A DNA stretch of 64,000 bases from Basidiobolus meristosporus CBS 931.73 (taxonomy: Eukaryota; Fungi; Basidiobolomycota): NCBI GenBank assembly GCA_002104905.1, contig MCFE01000447.1, forward strand, positions 1-64,000, given 5' to 3'. A program made the translations under genes and the position numbers. Shown piece after piece: positions 1 through 11,900 of this stretch. Numbering within the stretch: position 1 is the first letter of the stretch; the number at the start of each line of letters is the position of its first letter. The notes under the pieces were generated by a model, which was not told the DNA's origin, made no database searches, and was given only the letters and a program-made list of their open reading frames with translations.

Positions 1-2
1 TG

Positions 3-851
3 CCAACAGCTGGATCAAAAAAGTACCTGATTGTTGCTAGAGATGACCTTAGTGGATGGGCAGAGGCTCAAGCCTTGCCCAACAACAAGAGCCATACCAT
101 ATGGAGATTTATACTTGAAGACATCATCTGCAGATTTGGCTGCATCCAACAGTTTGTTGCTGACAGAGGAGAGATGACATCCCAAATGATCCAGGAGTTG
201 TGCTCAAAGTACAAGATACACATTGCTTTTACAACAGCTTACCACCCTCAAGCCAATGGAATGATAGAGAGAGGAAATGGACCATTGGTCAACTCTCTTG
301 TCAGGACCTGTGAGAATAACACAACACTATGGCCACAGCAATTACATCTAGCACTCTGGGCAGATAGAATTACTACCAAGAGAACAACTGGATTATCTCC
401 ATTCAAGCTACTCTATGGACATGACTGCATACTACCGGTTGAGTTAAACATAGTCACTTGGAACTCATTGAATTGGAGATCCAATATGCAGACTGAAGAC
501 CTCCTTGCAACTTGCATTCAGCAACTTGATCACCATGACTTGAATATCAGCAGAGCTGCTGAACAACTTAAGGATACACAACTAAAGAACAAGGTGCCCT
601 TTGACAAATCACACCCAATAAGACCAAAACCACTATCACTAGGAGACCCAGTACTACTCTATGATTCCACCTTGGACAAACAATGGAGTCGGAAGTTTGA
701 CAACAAATGGACTGGCCCCTACCTCATTTCCAAAGTGATTGGTAATGGAGGTTATTACATATCTGAGGTTGACAACACCCAGTTGAGAGCACCAGTTGCT
801 GGAAACCAACTCAAGTTGTTCAAGCATGGGAATTTTGCACATCAAGATTAG
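3..851 (+). CDS. pol: Ty3/gypsy integrase, C-terminal part of pol (gypsy lineage A'; open to the window edge)
   Basis: Frame is open from nt 3. Motifs RDDLSGW, VADRG, YHPQANGMIERGN, SPFKLLYG and KWTGPYLI match the rve core and GPY/F region. A purine tract GAGAGGGGG follows at 877-885. Confidence 0.85.
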   Translation, partial: PTAGSKKYLIVARDDLSGWAEAQALPNNKSHTIWRFILEDIICRFGCIQQFVADRGEMTSQMIQELCSKYKIHIAFTTAYHPQANGMIERGNGPLVNSLVRTCENNTTLWPQQLHLALWADRITTKRTTGLSPFKLLYGHDCILPVELNIVTWNSLNWRSNMQTEDLLATCIQQLDHHDLNISRAAEQLKDTQLKNKVPFDKSHPIRPKPLSLGDPVLLYDSTLDKQWSRKFDNKWTGPYLISKVIGNGGYYISEVDNTQLRAPVAGNQLKLFKHGNFAHQD

Positions 852-886
852 TTTGCTTTGAATCAAGTTCAAAGCTGAGAGGGGGT

Positions 887-1600
887 TGAACCCTCTGGCA
901 CCTACTTAGAACATTCTTAGGTCATTCTGATGTCATTCAGATTTCTATTGATATCTGGAACCTTCTGGAACACCTTGATTTGTAATTACTCAGCCAGTAA
1001 GAAAAGTATATAAGGGAGGCTATCCCTCAACAATAAATCATCATCCCTTTTATCAATATACCAACTTGTTGATTAGTGTGATCACTGCTACCTGCTGCTA
1101 CCTGAACTTCCAACCCTAGACCACAGGACACTCCCAGGAAACTGCGCTGACAGCCAACTGACCTTGGAGGCACTACTTGTGAGGAATACTCAGAGTAGTT
1201 ATCTTTTATTATATTTGATTCTTTCCCAAGTTTGTTCTTGTACAGGCAAAGATACGTTTCTGTCTTTGTAACTATTGACCACAGCTGCATTCTTATCAAG
1301 TCCCTGCTGGTGGAGTTTACAGTTGTTTTGACTTTGGAAGCTTTAGTACATTGTCATCTCAAAGGACGCTGAACCCAGCACATACTTTTGTTAAGACGCA
1401 AACTAAGTTGGGGATTGTAGCTCAATAGTTTTCCCTTGACAAGCTTATGGCTTTATTCCCCTTCACATTAGATTAAAGACAGAACCCAAGTATTCCTAGC
1501 AAGCTTTTGCCAGAGGTTATTGCACCCAGTGAACACCCCACACACAAAACACTTGAGAAGTGTTGGACATATCTCTCCCTTGGACCTATGCACCACCACA
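887..1600 (+). repeat. 3' LTR of the gypsy at the window start, U3 apparently shortened
   Basis: Follows the PPT and ends CACCACA. Contains TATATAA and AATAAA. About 900-1370 matches about 36585-37049, and about 1367-1600 matches about 42795-43028. Confidence 0.6.
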
Positions 1601-2640
1601 GCGCGGTTTGATCATTCTGGTACTCCATTTTTTGTGGGGAGTATAGTACCACCGTATCTTGCTTTATTCCATGAGTCTTGAAGAAGTTCACAAAGAGTCT
1701 TGAGGTATATTCTCTACCATTGTCAGAGCATATTTTCATAAATTTTCACTAGTTTCTTGTTCCAACACAACTTTAAGCTCCCTGAGCTTAGACAGAGCTT
1801 CCTACTTTCCTTTCATGAAGTAATCCCATATGTATCTTGAATAATCATCAATAAAAGTGATTGAATACTTCATCCCACCTAAGTATAAATCTTGCCTAGG
1901 TCCAAGCAGATCTGACTGAATTAGATCTAATTTCCTCTGAGTTTTGAGCAGCCCAGAGTTCTTGAGCAGCTGTTTGGCTTGTTCCCCATATATACAGGCT
2001 TCACAGTGCTCCAAATTGGCTGGGGGATTAGTTTTTACTCCAGAAATTAGTTGATCTTTGATCATTTTTGCCCAAATCATCAAGTTACTTGTATTGGCTT
2101 CCAAATGTGCTAGAATACATGTCAACTTATATATATTCTGATCCCTGATACCCAATGCAATATGAGTACCATCTTGATTAGTAATCCCACCACCAGAACT
2201 GTCAAGACTGAAACTGAGTCCTTTTGTGGTGGCCTTGCTGACATATAGTAAGTCCTTCTTGGTTGTTACTAGTACATAGAGTACTTCTTTGAAGGTAAGT
2301 ATGTGGCTTCCTTCACCACTTCTGAGGCTCACTTGAATAGATCCTTCTTGCACTGCATCAAGTGTTCTATTGTCACCCACAAGAACCTTCTTGTTTGGAA
2401 TATCTTGATATAGGGTAAAAAGGTCTTTTTGGTGTTTAAAGTGTTGGCATACTCCAGAGTCAATATACCACATCTAATAATCCTGGTTTTTGGCTTTATT
2501 TTGTGCCAATATGATTAGTTTATTTTCAATTATTGCAGTATATTTATATTCAGGCTTCCTTTACTGATTTTCTCTCTTCTTGAAGAACTGGTCTAATGTA
2601 TGTCCTTTCCTTTTGCAGTAGTTGCAAAACATGTTGCTGT
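1601..2640 (-). pseudogene. Decayed copia family A fragment (zinc knuckle, protease, integrase start); oldest host layer
   Basis: ORFs 1802-2473 (WYIDSGVCQH, CEACIYGEQ) and 1473-1739 (SDNGREY) are homologous to the 3433-7404 polyprotein. Confidence 0.8.
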
Positions 2641-3078
2641 TGTTGTAAAAGTTTGTAATTCTACCTAAATGCTTACCTAGCTTAGTCACTTATATCATTA
2701 CCTTTAAATCCTAGAAAATACCGTCCAAGTTCCTTGTTGGTATTTACTTAGAATAACATCACCAAAATATCATGTACCCAAAACATGAAAATTCTCAAGG
2801 TTGTCCAAACAGCCATAAACTTTGCAAACATATTCTTGAGACCTTCCTAAATCTATTCTACATGTTTGTTATGCCAAGGCCATGTAAATGTATAAATACT
2901 ACTTTTGCATTCAATAAATCATTAGGTGAAACCTCATAATCTACTTGTCCTCCCAATCACTTCTAGTATCTCCAAGCTCTTACAACAGGTTACAAACCCC
3001 AAGCTGTCACTCTCTGCAATATCAACTATTGCTATTACTGGAATTTTCCCCTATGCCTAAAAGTTGGATGGGTCTAAC

Positions 3079-3428
3079 TGTTGTAAAAATTCGTATTTTC
3101 CACCTAAATATTCACCTAACTTAGTCACTTAGATCACCACCTTCAAATCCTAGAGAATACTGACCAAATTCCTTGTCGGGATTTACTTAGAATATTTTCA
3201 CCAAAATACCAGGTACCCAGAACATGAAAATTCTCAAAGTTGTCCAAACAGCCCCAAACTTTGCACACATGTTCTTGGGACCTTCCTTAACCTATTCTAT
3301 GTGTTTGTAATGCCAAGACCATGTAAAAGTATAAATACTACTTTTACATTCAATAAATCATTAAGTGAAAACCACATAATCTACTTGTTCTCCAAATCAC
3401 TTCCAATATCTTCAAGACTCTTACAACA
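3079..3428 (+). repeat. 5' LTR, copia A
   Basis: TATAAATA 3330-3337 and AATAAA 3352-3357. Four substitutions versus 7416-7765. Confidence 0.95.
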
Positions 3429-3443
3429 GGTTATGAGCCCCGA
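3429..3443 (+). promoter_or_regulatory. Primer-binding site, half-tRNA-iMet type
   Basis: GGTTATGAGCCCCGA abuts the LTR and is complementary to an initiator-tRNA anticodon arm, as in Ty5 and Drosophila copia. Confidence 0.85.
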
Positions 3444-6400
3444 GCTGTCACTCTCTGCAATGTCTACTACTGCTATTACTGGAATTTTTCCCTCTGCTGA
3501 AAAGTTGGATGGATCTAACTACCAAGTGTGGAAGGTGAAGATGAAGATGCTGCTGCAAGAAAGAGGCCTTTGGGATATTGTCATGGGAGAAGAATGCCCT
3601 CCTAAAAACGTGGGAGAGGAAGCCTTAAAGTACCAGAAGAAAGAACAAAGTGCCTTTAACTGCATTTGCCTTAATGTCAAGGACAAATTGCTAATTCAAT
3701 GCTCAAGAGCAAAAACGGCAAAGAATGCCTGGAAGGCATTAGAAGACACCTACCAGTCATGTTCAGCTGCCAAGAAAATGTATCTGAGAAGAAAATTCTT
3801 TACTACAAAGATGCTGCCAGGAGAAGAAATGAAAAATCTAATTAACAGAATTACCCTGCTGGTAGATGAGATGGAATCTGTGGGCGTACCAACTACTGAT
3901 GAGGATGTGATAGTTACCATCCTGAATAGCCTGACAGACGAGTTTCAGGGCCTTGTATCAGCCCTAGAGTCCAGAACTGAAGATTTGACCTTAAATTACG
4001 TATATGGAAGGCTCCTGGATGAAGAATTAAGAAAATCAAGCGCCAATAAGAAGGAAGAAGAAAATGCTTTAATAAGCAATGATAACCAACAAAGGAGGTA
4101 CCCAAGACCCTACAAAGGCAACAGCAACCTATTTTGCAACTACTGCAAAAGGAAAGGACACACATCAGACCGGTGTTTCAAAAAGAGAGATTATCAGCAA
4201 AAGAAGCCTGAATATGGAAATGCTGCAACAACTGAAGATAGACTATTCATATCTGCACTAAATATGACCACAAACAAGGATTCTCAGACGTGGTATATTG
4301 ACTCTGGAGCTTCTCAACACTTTACACACCAAAAAGAACTTTTTACCCAATATCAAGAAATTCCAATTAAGAAGGTTTTCATGGGTGACGATAGAACACT
4401 TGATGCAGTGGGAGAAGGAACTATCCAAGTAAACCTTAGAAGCAGTGAAGGAAGCCATACACTGACCTTTAAAGAAGTACTCTATGTACCAGAAATAGCC
4501 AAGAACCTACTCTCTGTAAGCAAGGCCACAGCAGAAGGACTCAGTTTCAGTTTTGACAATTCTGGATGCAGGATCACTGATCAAAATGGTGCTCATATTG
4601 CTTTGGGCATCAGAGATCAGAACCTATACAAGTTGACTTATATTCCATCATATCTGGAAGCCAATATAAGTGACTTAAATGAAGAAACACCAATGCTTTG
4701 GCACAGGAGATTTGGACACATCAATTTTGATTATTTGCGTAAAATGATCAAAGATCAGCTAATTTCTGGAGTGAAAATTGATCCCCCAGCTATTTTGGAG
4801 CACTGTGAAGCCTGCATATATGGGAAACAAGCCAGACAACCGTTCAAGAGCTCTGGGTTAATCAAAACTAAGAAAAAATTAGATCTAATTCACTCAGATC
4901 TGTGTGGACCTATGCAAAATTTATCCTTAGGCGGGATGAAGTATTTAATCACTTTTATTGATGATTATACAAGATACACATGGGTCTACTTCATGGAGAG
5001 AAAGGAAGAAGCTCTGTCCAAGCTCAGGGAGTTTAAAGCCATGGTGGAGAGAGAAACTGGTGAAAAAATCAAGAAAATACGCTCTGACAATGGTGGAGAA
5101 TATACCTCAAAACTCTTCATCCACTTCTGCAAAATTCATAGGATAAAGCAAGAGACTACTGTACCATACTCCCCACAGCAAAATGGAGTAGCAGAACGAG
5201 CTAACAGATCAATAATTGATATGGCAAGATCTATGATCCATGATCAAAAATTATCCTATGATTTTTGGGCGGAATCAGTTGCCACTGCTGTATACCTTAA
5301 AAATAGGAGTTATAACAGAATACTTCGTGATTCTACTCCATTTGAAGCATGGTATGGATACAGACCAAGTGCAGAACATCTAAGAATATTTGGGTGCACA
5401 GCATATGCCAAAAAACTGGCCGGAAATCAGTCAAAATTTGAGCCAAAAAGTGTGAAATGCATATTTTTGGGCTACTGCAATGAGAGTAAGGCATACAGAC
5501 TCGACAATACCAAAGCAAAGAAGCTTATCAAGTCCAGGGATGTGTTGTTTGATGAAAATTCAAAATTTTCGCAAAAAATGACATCAGATGATGACAAAAA
5601 TTTGATCTCAAGTCCACCAATTGTCAGGATTGAATCAGAGCAAAACAATGAAAATTTTTTCACTCCAGAGGACTCTACAACCGTGGTTCAGCCAGAATCA
5701 GTGCCCAGGAATATCCCAGAAGTGATCATTCCAGTATCAAATGCCCGGAGATCCAATCGGACAAGAAATAGCCCAAATTACTATATCAATGAGGGTACAA
5801 ACTTAGCCTATGCCTATTCAGTCCATATTGATGAACCCCAGACTGTAAAAGAGGCCCTAAATAGCCCTCAGACAAAGTTTTGGAGATCTGCAATGACTGA
5901 GGAATATCAGGCACTGATGGAAAATCAAACTTGGGACTTAGTCAAATTACCAATCAACCAAAAATCAATTGGATGCAGATGGGTCTTCAAGACAAAATAC
6001 AAGGCTGATGGTACAATTGAAAGATACCAAGCAAGACTTGTAGCCAAAGGATACTCTCAAATAAAAGGACTTGACTATACTGAGACCTTTGCACCGGTAG
6101 CCAAGTTTAATTCCATCAGATTAATATTGGCTATTGCAGCCAAATATAAGTTTTTTATTCATCAAATGGATGTAAAAACTGCATTTTTGAATGGAGAACT
6201 TGATGAGGACGTGTATATGGACCAGCCTGATGGGTTTGTTGACCAAGATAACCCCCATTTGGTCTGCAAGCTTAAAAAGTCACTATATGGTCTCAAACAA
6301 TCACCGAGAGCCTGGAATTGCAAGATAGATTCTTATTTGGAATCTTTGAGTTTCAAAAGGAGTAATGCTGACTATAGTATATCCTATAAGCCAGATAGAG

Positions 6401-7404
6401 CAAATCCAGTTCTATTAGCTCTATATGTGGATGATCTTATTATAGCCACCAATAACCTAGAAACATTGGAAGAGACTAAATCCAGCCTATCTAAGGAGTT
6501 CAAGATGTCCAATCTAGGAGAACTTAGTTACTACTTAGGGATTAAGTTCTCCATAGACAGAAGTACCCAGACTATTACCCTAAGCCAATCCAAGTATATT
6601 CAAGATATACTAAAGAAGTACCAAATGGAAGACTGTAAACCGGCAGCTACCCCAATGGAGACAAACCTTAACTTGGTCAAAACTCAACCAAATCAAGAGA
6701 GCTTGGTGCCATCTGAAAGCCCTGACTTTCCTTATCAATCTATGGTTGGCAGTCTGACGTATATCATGCTTGGAACACGTCCAGATATCTCATATTCAGT
6801 GGGAGTTGTCAGCCAACATAATCAGAATTATGGATCTGATCATATTGCAGCAGTTAAGCGGATTTTTAGATACCTAAAAGGAACTGCTGATATCTGCTTA
6901 AGATACACTTATAAGGATTCAGAACAGGATCTTGTGGGATACTCTGATGCTGATTGGGGACGAAATTTAGAAGACAGAAGATCCACCACAGGATACACCT
7001 TTCTTTACTGTAAAGGAGCCATTTCATGGAATTCAAGAAAGCAACCAACCGTAGCACTTTCTACTACAGAGGCAGAGTATATGGCAGCCTGTGAAGCTAC
7101 AAAAGAAGCAATGTGGTTAAGAAAGCTCTTTACAGATTTAGGCCTATGTCAAAAAACACCTATTACTTTATTTCAAGATAATCAAGGATGTATACAATTA
7201 GGTAGAAATCCAACTTTTCATGCTAGAACCAAGCACATAGATATTAGACATCATTTCATACGTGAAGCTATAGAGAATAACTTAGTTAGCTTAGTTTACT
7301 GTCCTACAGATGAAATGATTGCAGACATATTTACCAAACCATTAGCTAGAGACAAGTTTGAATATCTTAGGTCAAAATTAGGACTAGTCAGTATGAACAT
7401 TTAG
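3433..7404 (+). CDS. gag-pol: Copia Gag-Pol polyprotein (Gag, zinc knuckle, PR, IN, RT, RNase H)
   Basis: KLDGSNYQVWK, CNYCKRKGHTSDRC, WYIDSGAS, LWHRRFGH..CEAC, SDLCGP/FIDDY/SDNGGEY/NGVAER, QMDVKTAFLNG, LYVDDL and GYSDADW occur in copia domain order. The start is taken as ATG 3433 (next ATG 3460). Confidence 0.93.
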   Translation: MSPELSLSAMSTTAITGIFPSAEKLDGSNYQVWKVKMKMLLQERGLWDIVMGEECPPKNVGEEALKYQKKEQSAFNCICLNVKDKLLIQCSRAKTAKNAWKALEDTYQSCSAAKKMYLRRKFFTTKMLPGEEMKNLINRITLLVDEMESVGVPTTDEDVIVTILNSLTDEFQGLVSALESRTEDLTLNYVYGRLLDEELRKSSANKKEEENALISNDNQQRRYPRPYKGNSNLFCNYCKRKGHTSDRCFKKRDYQQKKPEYGNAATTEDRLFISALNMTTNKDSQTWYIDSGASQHFTHQKELFTQYQEIPIKKVFMGDDRTLDAVGEGTIQVNLRSSEGSHTLTFKEVLYVPEIAKNLLSVSKATAEGLSFSFDNSGCRITDQNGAHIALGIRDQNLYKLTYIPSYLEANISDLNEETPMLWHRRFGHINFDYLRKMIKDQLISGVKIDPPAILEHCEACIYGKQARQPFKSSGLIKTKKKLDLIHSDLCGPMQNLSLGGMKYLITFIDDYTRYTWVYFMERKEEALSKLREFKAMVERETGEKIKKIRSDNGGEYTSKLFIHFCKIHRIKQETTVPYSPQQNGVAERANRSIIDMARSMIHDQKLSYDFWAESVATAVYLKNRSYNRILRDSTPFEAWYGYRPSAEHLRIFGCTAYAKKLAGNQSKFEPKSVKCIFLGYCNESKAYRLDNTKAKKLIKSRDVLFDENSKFSQKMTSDDDKNLISSPPIVRIESEQNNENFFTPEDSTTVVQPESVPRNIPEVIIPVSNARRSNRTRNSPNYYINEGTNLAYAYSVHIDEPQTVKEALNSPQTKFWRSAMTEEYQALMENQTWDLVKLPINQKSIGCRWVFKTKYKADGTIERYQARLVAKGYSQIKGLDYTETFAPVAKFNSIRLILAIAAKYKFFIHQMDVKTAFLNGELDEDVYMDQPDGFVDQDNPHLVCKLKKSLYGLKQSPRAWNCKIDSYLESLSFKRSNADYSISYKPDRANPVLLALYVDDLIIATNNLETLEETKSSLSKEFKMSNLGELSYYLGIKFSIDRSTQTITLSQSKYIQDILKKYQMEDCKPAATPMETNLNLVKTQPNQESLVPSESPDFPYQSMVGSLTYIMLGTRPDISYSVGVVSQHNQNYGSDHIAAVKRIFRYLKGTADICLRYTYKDSEQDLVGYSDADWGRNLEDRRSTTGYTFLYCKGAISWNSRKQPTVALSTTEAEYMAACEATKEAMWLRKLFTDLGLCQKTPITLFQDNQGCIQLGRNPTFHARTKHIDIRHHFIREAIENNLVSLVYCPTDEMIADIFTKPLARDKFEYLRSKLGLVSMNI

Positions 7405-7415
7405 CTGAGTGGGAG

Positions 7416-7765
7416 TGTTGTAAAAATTCGTATTTTCCACCTAAATATTCACCTAACTTAGTCACTTAGATCACCGCCTTCAAATCCTAGAGAATACTGA
7501 CCAAATTCCTTGTTGGGATTTACTTAGAATATTTTCACCAAAATACCAGGTACCCAGAACATGAAAATTCTCAAAGTTGTCCAAACAGCCCCAAACTTTG
7601 CACACATGTTCTTGGGACCTTCCTTAACCTATTCTACGTGTTTGTAATGCCAAGACCATGTAAAAGTATAAATACTACTTTTACATTCAATAAATCATTA
7701 AGTGAAAACCACATAATCTACTTGTTCTCCAAATCACTTCCAATATCTCCAAGACTCTTACAACA
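7416..7765 (+). repeat. 3' LTR, copia A
   Basis: Direct repeat of 3079-3428, immediately after the PPT. Confidence 0.95.
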
Positions 7766-7846
7766 CTAACTACCAAGTGTGGAAGGTGAAGATGAAGATG
7801 CTGCTACAAGAAAGAGGCCTTTGGAATATTGTCATGGGAGAAGAGT

Positions 7847-8942
7847 TGTGGTAATGGAAAGTATTCCATTACTACAATATCTCTAAACCAATATTGCACT
7901 CATTTCTTTATTTTGCTTTTTGCTATTGTAACACACAAGTGAAAGATCAAGAATTTCCAACTTTGAAGAATAAATGCTCCAGACCCTGACAAGCAATCCA
8001 CCCAAGAATATTATGTCATACAGAACACGTAGTAGCCAACACATGTTTCAAATTACAGCTCATTTGAAGCAGTACTTAAGGAGTTATGACCAAAAGAGTC
8101 CAACTATTATATATACTATGCCTTATTGCTAGGATTGCTATGATGACTTTGATCGCGTGTAACTTTTGAACCAGCCAATCAAATCACGTGAGATTCACAC
8201 AGGTGCTGCGCCTATGTCCAATCTGCGCCACTGCAAGATTTTAGCTTTGTATCACGTGTATTGCTTGCGCAATCGCCCAAGAACTTTGATCCTTCAAAAT
8301 TTTCATATATATGACTTCCCCAGCTGAAAAATAAAGGGAGAGCCTCTCTTTCCAGAATCTCCACACTACAATTACAAGTTTAAAGGTTATAAAACTTCCC
8401 CTGCATCACTTGCACTGTTGAGTATTTTGACTTTGATCAGTACTACATCAGTAAAGAGACTGCAAAGCTCACAAGAATCCAATCTAAGTTCTATAAGAAA
8501 CTACCACTTTTCTGTTGGAAAAGTCCCCTCTAAGAAACCCCTTTACTCTAAAGACACCCCTTTAGACACCCCTTTAGTCTAAAGACCCCTTTAGAGACTT
8601 CTACAACACACCCCTTTAGGTTAAAGGGGAGTTCAGAATTTTCATATTAGGAAATATTTTCTCAGAAAGGAAAGTGACTTCCAAATAAGGAAAAGTTACT
8701 ATAAAAGTAAATAAGCCCATTAGTCAACAGAAGGTCAGAACACTGCTGTAGAAGTGATAAACACTGCCTACAGTATATTTTGAGCCCAAGATTGAGGCAA
8801 TTAGTGAAAGTTATATCTTCTATTGGTATATCAAACTCCCAATAAACTATTTCAGTATTAGCATACTGGAAGTTGTTGTATATTGTTGATTAGCCTCTAC
8901 ATTGTAGAACAAGCCCCAAACTAATCATAATACAACACAACA
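7847..8942 (+). repeat. Solo LTR family D (1096 bp) inserted in old copia gag
   Basis: TGTGG..CAACA ends. Flanks GAGT/GAAT are a 4-bp TSD with one mismatch. TATAAAA 8700, AATAAA 8841. Homologous to 59390-60620 in reverse orientation. Confidence 0.8.
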
Positions 8943-11900
8943 GAATGTGCTTTCAAAAACATGGGAGGGGAATCCTTAAAGTAACATAAGAAAGAACAAA
9001 GTGCCTTTAACTGTGTTTGTGTCAATGTCAAAGACAAATTGCTATTTCAATGCTCAAGAGCAAAAATGGCAAAGAATGTCTGGAAGGCTTCAGAAGAAGC
9101 CCATCAGTCATGTTCAGCAGCCAATAAAATGTACCTGAGACAAAAATTCCTGACTACTAAGATGATGCCAGGAGTAGAAGTAAAAAATATAATTAACAGA
9201 ATAACCCTGCTGGTGGATGAGATGGAATATGTGGGCACACCAACTACTGATGAGGATGGGATAGTGACCATCCTGAATAGCTGGACAGACATGTTTCAGG
9301 GTGCTGTATCAGCCCTAGAGTCCAGAACTGAAGATTTGACCCCAAATAATGAATATGAAAAGCTCCTGGATGAAGAATTACAAAAATCAAGTGCCAATAA
9401 GGAGTAAGAAAATGCACTAATAAGCAATGATAACCAACAAAGAAGGTACCCAAGACACTACAAAGGCAACAGTAGCCTGCTTTGCAACTACTCCAAAAGG
9501 AAAGGACACACATCAGAGTGGTATCTAAAAGAGTGAGATAATCAGCAAAAGAAGCCTCAATGTGGAAATGCTGCAAAAACAAAAGACAGACTATTCACAT
9601 GTGCACTAAATATGACCACAGGCAAGGATTTTCAGATGTGGCACACTGACTCTGGAGCATGTCAACACCTACATACCAAAAAGAACTTTTTACCCAACAT
9701 CATGAAATTCCAATCAAGAAGGTTTTCATGGGTGACTTTGGTACACATTGATGCAGTGGGTGAAGGTACTATCCAAGTAAACCTTAAAAGCAGTGAAGGA
9801 AGCAGTAAACTGACCTTCAAAGATGTACTCTGTGTACCAAAATAGTCAAGAACCTACTATCTGTAAGCAAGACCACTGCAGAAGAACTCAGTTTCAGCTT
9901 TGTCAATTCTGGATGCAGGATCACTGATTGAAATGGTGCCCATGTTGCTTTGGGTATCTGACATCAGAGTTCATACAAGTTGACTTATATTCCATCATAT
10001 CTGAAAGCCAATACAAGTAACTTAAATGAAGAAACACCAATGTTTTGGCACAGGATAATTGGAGATATCAATCTTGATTACGTGAGCCAAATGATCAAAG
10101 ATCAGCTAATTTCCAAAGCAAAAATTGCTCCCCCAGCTGATTTGGAGCACTGTGAAGCCTGCATATATGGGAAACAGGCCAGATACTGCTCAAGAGCTCT
10201 GGGCTAATCAAAACTAGGAAAAAACTAGATCTAATTCACTCAGATCTGTGTGGAATTATGAAAAATATTTTCTTAGGCAGGATGAAGTATTTAATCACCG
10301 TTATTGATGATTATACAAGATACACATAGGTCTACATCATGGAGAGAAAGAAGGAAGCTCTGTCTAAGTTCAGGGAGCTTAAAGCCCTGGCAGAGGGAGA
10401 AACTGGTGAAATAATCAAGAAAATGCACTCTGATAAGGGTGGAAAATATACCTCAAAGCTCTTCATGCACTTCTGCAAGATTCATGGAATGAAGCAAGAA
10501 ACTACTATTCCATACTCCCCACAGAAAAATGGAGTAGCAGAATGTGCAAACAGATCAATAATTGATGTGACAAGATCAATGATCTGTGATCAAAAGATGT
10601 CCTATGATTTTTTGTCAGAGTCAGTTGCCACAGCTATTTACCTTAAAAATAGGAGTTATAGCAGAATACTTTGTGATTAGACTCAGCTAGAAGCATAGTA
10701 TGGATACAGACCAAGTGCAGAACTTCTAAGAATAGTTGGGTGTACAGCATTTGCAAAGAAACTGCATGGAAATCAGTCAAAACTTGAGCCAAAAAGTGTA
10801 AAATGCATATTATTGTGTCACTGCAATGAGAGTACAGCATAAAGACTCTACAATACCAAAGCAAAGAAGCTGATCAAGTACAGGGATGAGTTGTTTGATG
10901 AAAATTCAAGATATTTACAAAAAATGACATCAGATGATGATGAAAATTTGATCTCAAGTCCACCAATAGTCAGGATTGAATCAGAGCTAAACAATGAAAA
11001 TTTTTTCACTCCAGAGATCTCTACAACTGCGATTCAGCCAGAATCAGTGCAGTTCAGGGATCTGCAATGACTGAGCAATATCAGGTCCTAATGGAAAATC
11101 AAACTTGGGACTTAGTCAAATTACCAACCAATCAAAAATCAATTGTATGCAGATGGGTCTTTAGGACAAAGTATAAGGCTGATGGGACAATTGAAAGATA
11201 CAAAACAAGACTGGTGGCCAAAGGATACTCTCAATCAAAAGGACTTGACTATGCTGTGACTTTTGCACCAGTAGACAAGTTCAATTCCATTAGCTTGATA
11301 TTGGCTATTGCAGCTAAATACAAGTGTTTAATACATCAAATATATGTAAAAGCTGCAGTTTTCAATGGATAACTTGATGAGGTTATGTATATGGACCAGC
11401 CTGATGGGCCTGTTAACCAAGATAATCTCCCATTTGGTCTGCAAGCCTAAAAAACTTCCATATTGTCTCAAACAATCTCTAAGAGCCCAGAATTGCAAGA
11501 TAGATTCTTATTTGGGATCTTTGAATTTCAAAAGAAGTAATGCCAAATATGGTATATACTATAAGCCAGATAGAACAAATCCAGTTCTATTAGCTCTATT
11601 TGTGGATGATCTTATTATAGCTGCCAATAACCTAGAGACATTGAAACAGACTAAATCCAGTCTATCTAAAGAGCTCAAGATGTCCAATCTAGGACAACTC
11701 AGTTACTGCTTAGACATATAGTTCTCCATAGACAGAGGTACCCAGACTATTGCCCTAAGCCATTCCAAGTATATTCAAGATAAGTTTGATATATATTATG
11801 CTTGGAAAATATCCAGATATCTCATATTTAGTGGGAGTTGTCAGCCAGTATAATGACAACTGGGACCTGATCACATTGCAGCAGTTAAGGAGATTTGTAG

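Larger units (their letters stand above)
3079..7765 (+). mobile_element. Young, structurally intact Ty1/copia element (family A)
   Basis: 350-bp LTRs TGTTG..CAACA. 5-bp TSD CTAAC at 3074-3078 and 7766-7770. PBS 3429-3443, PPT GAGTGGGAG 7407-7415, one uninterrupted ORF. Confidence 0.95.

Noticed and set aside
3301-3432. 44-aa N-terminal extension of the copia A ORF from GTG 3301
   Set aside because: It starts inside the LTR upstream of the TATA box (3330), so it is unlikely to be in the transcript.
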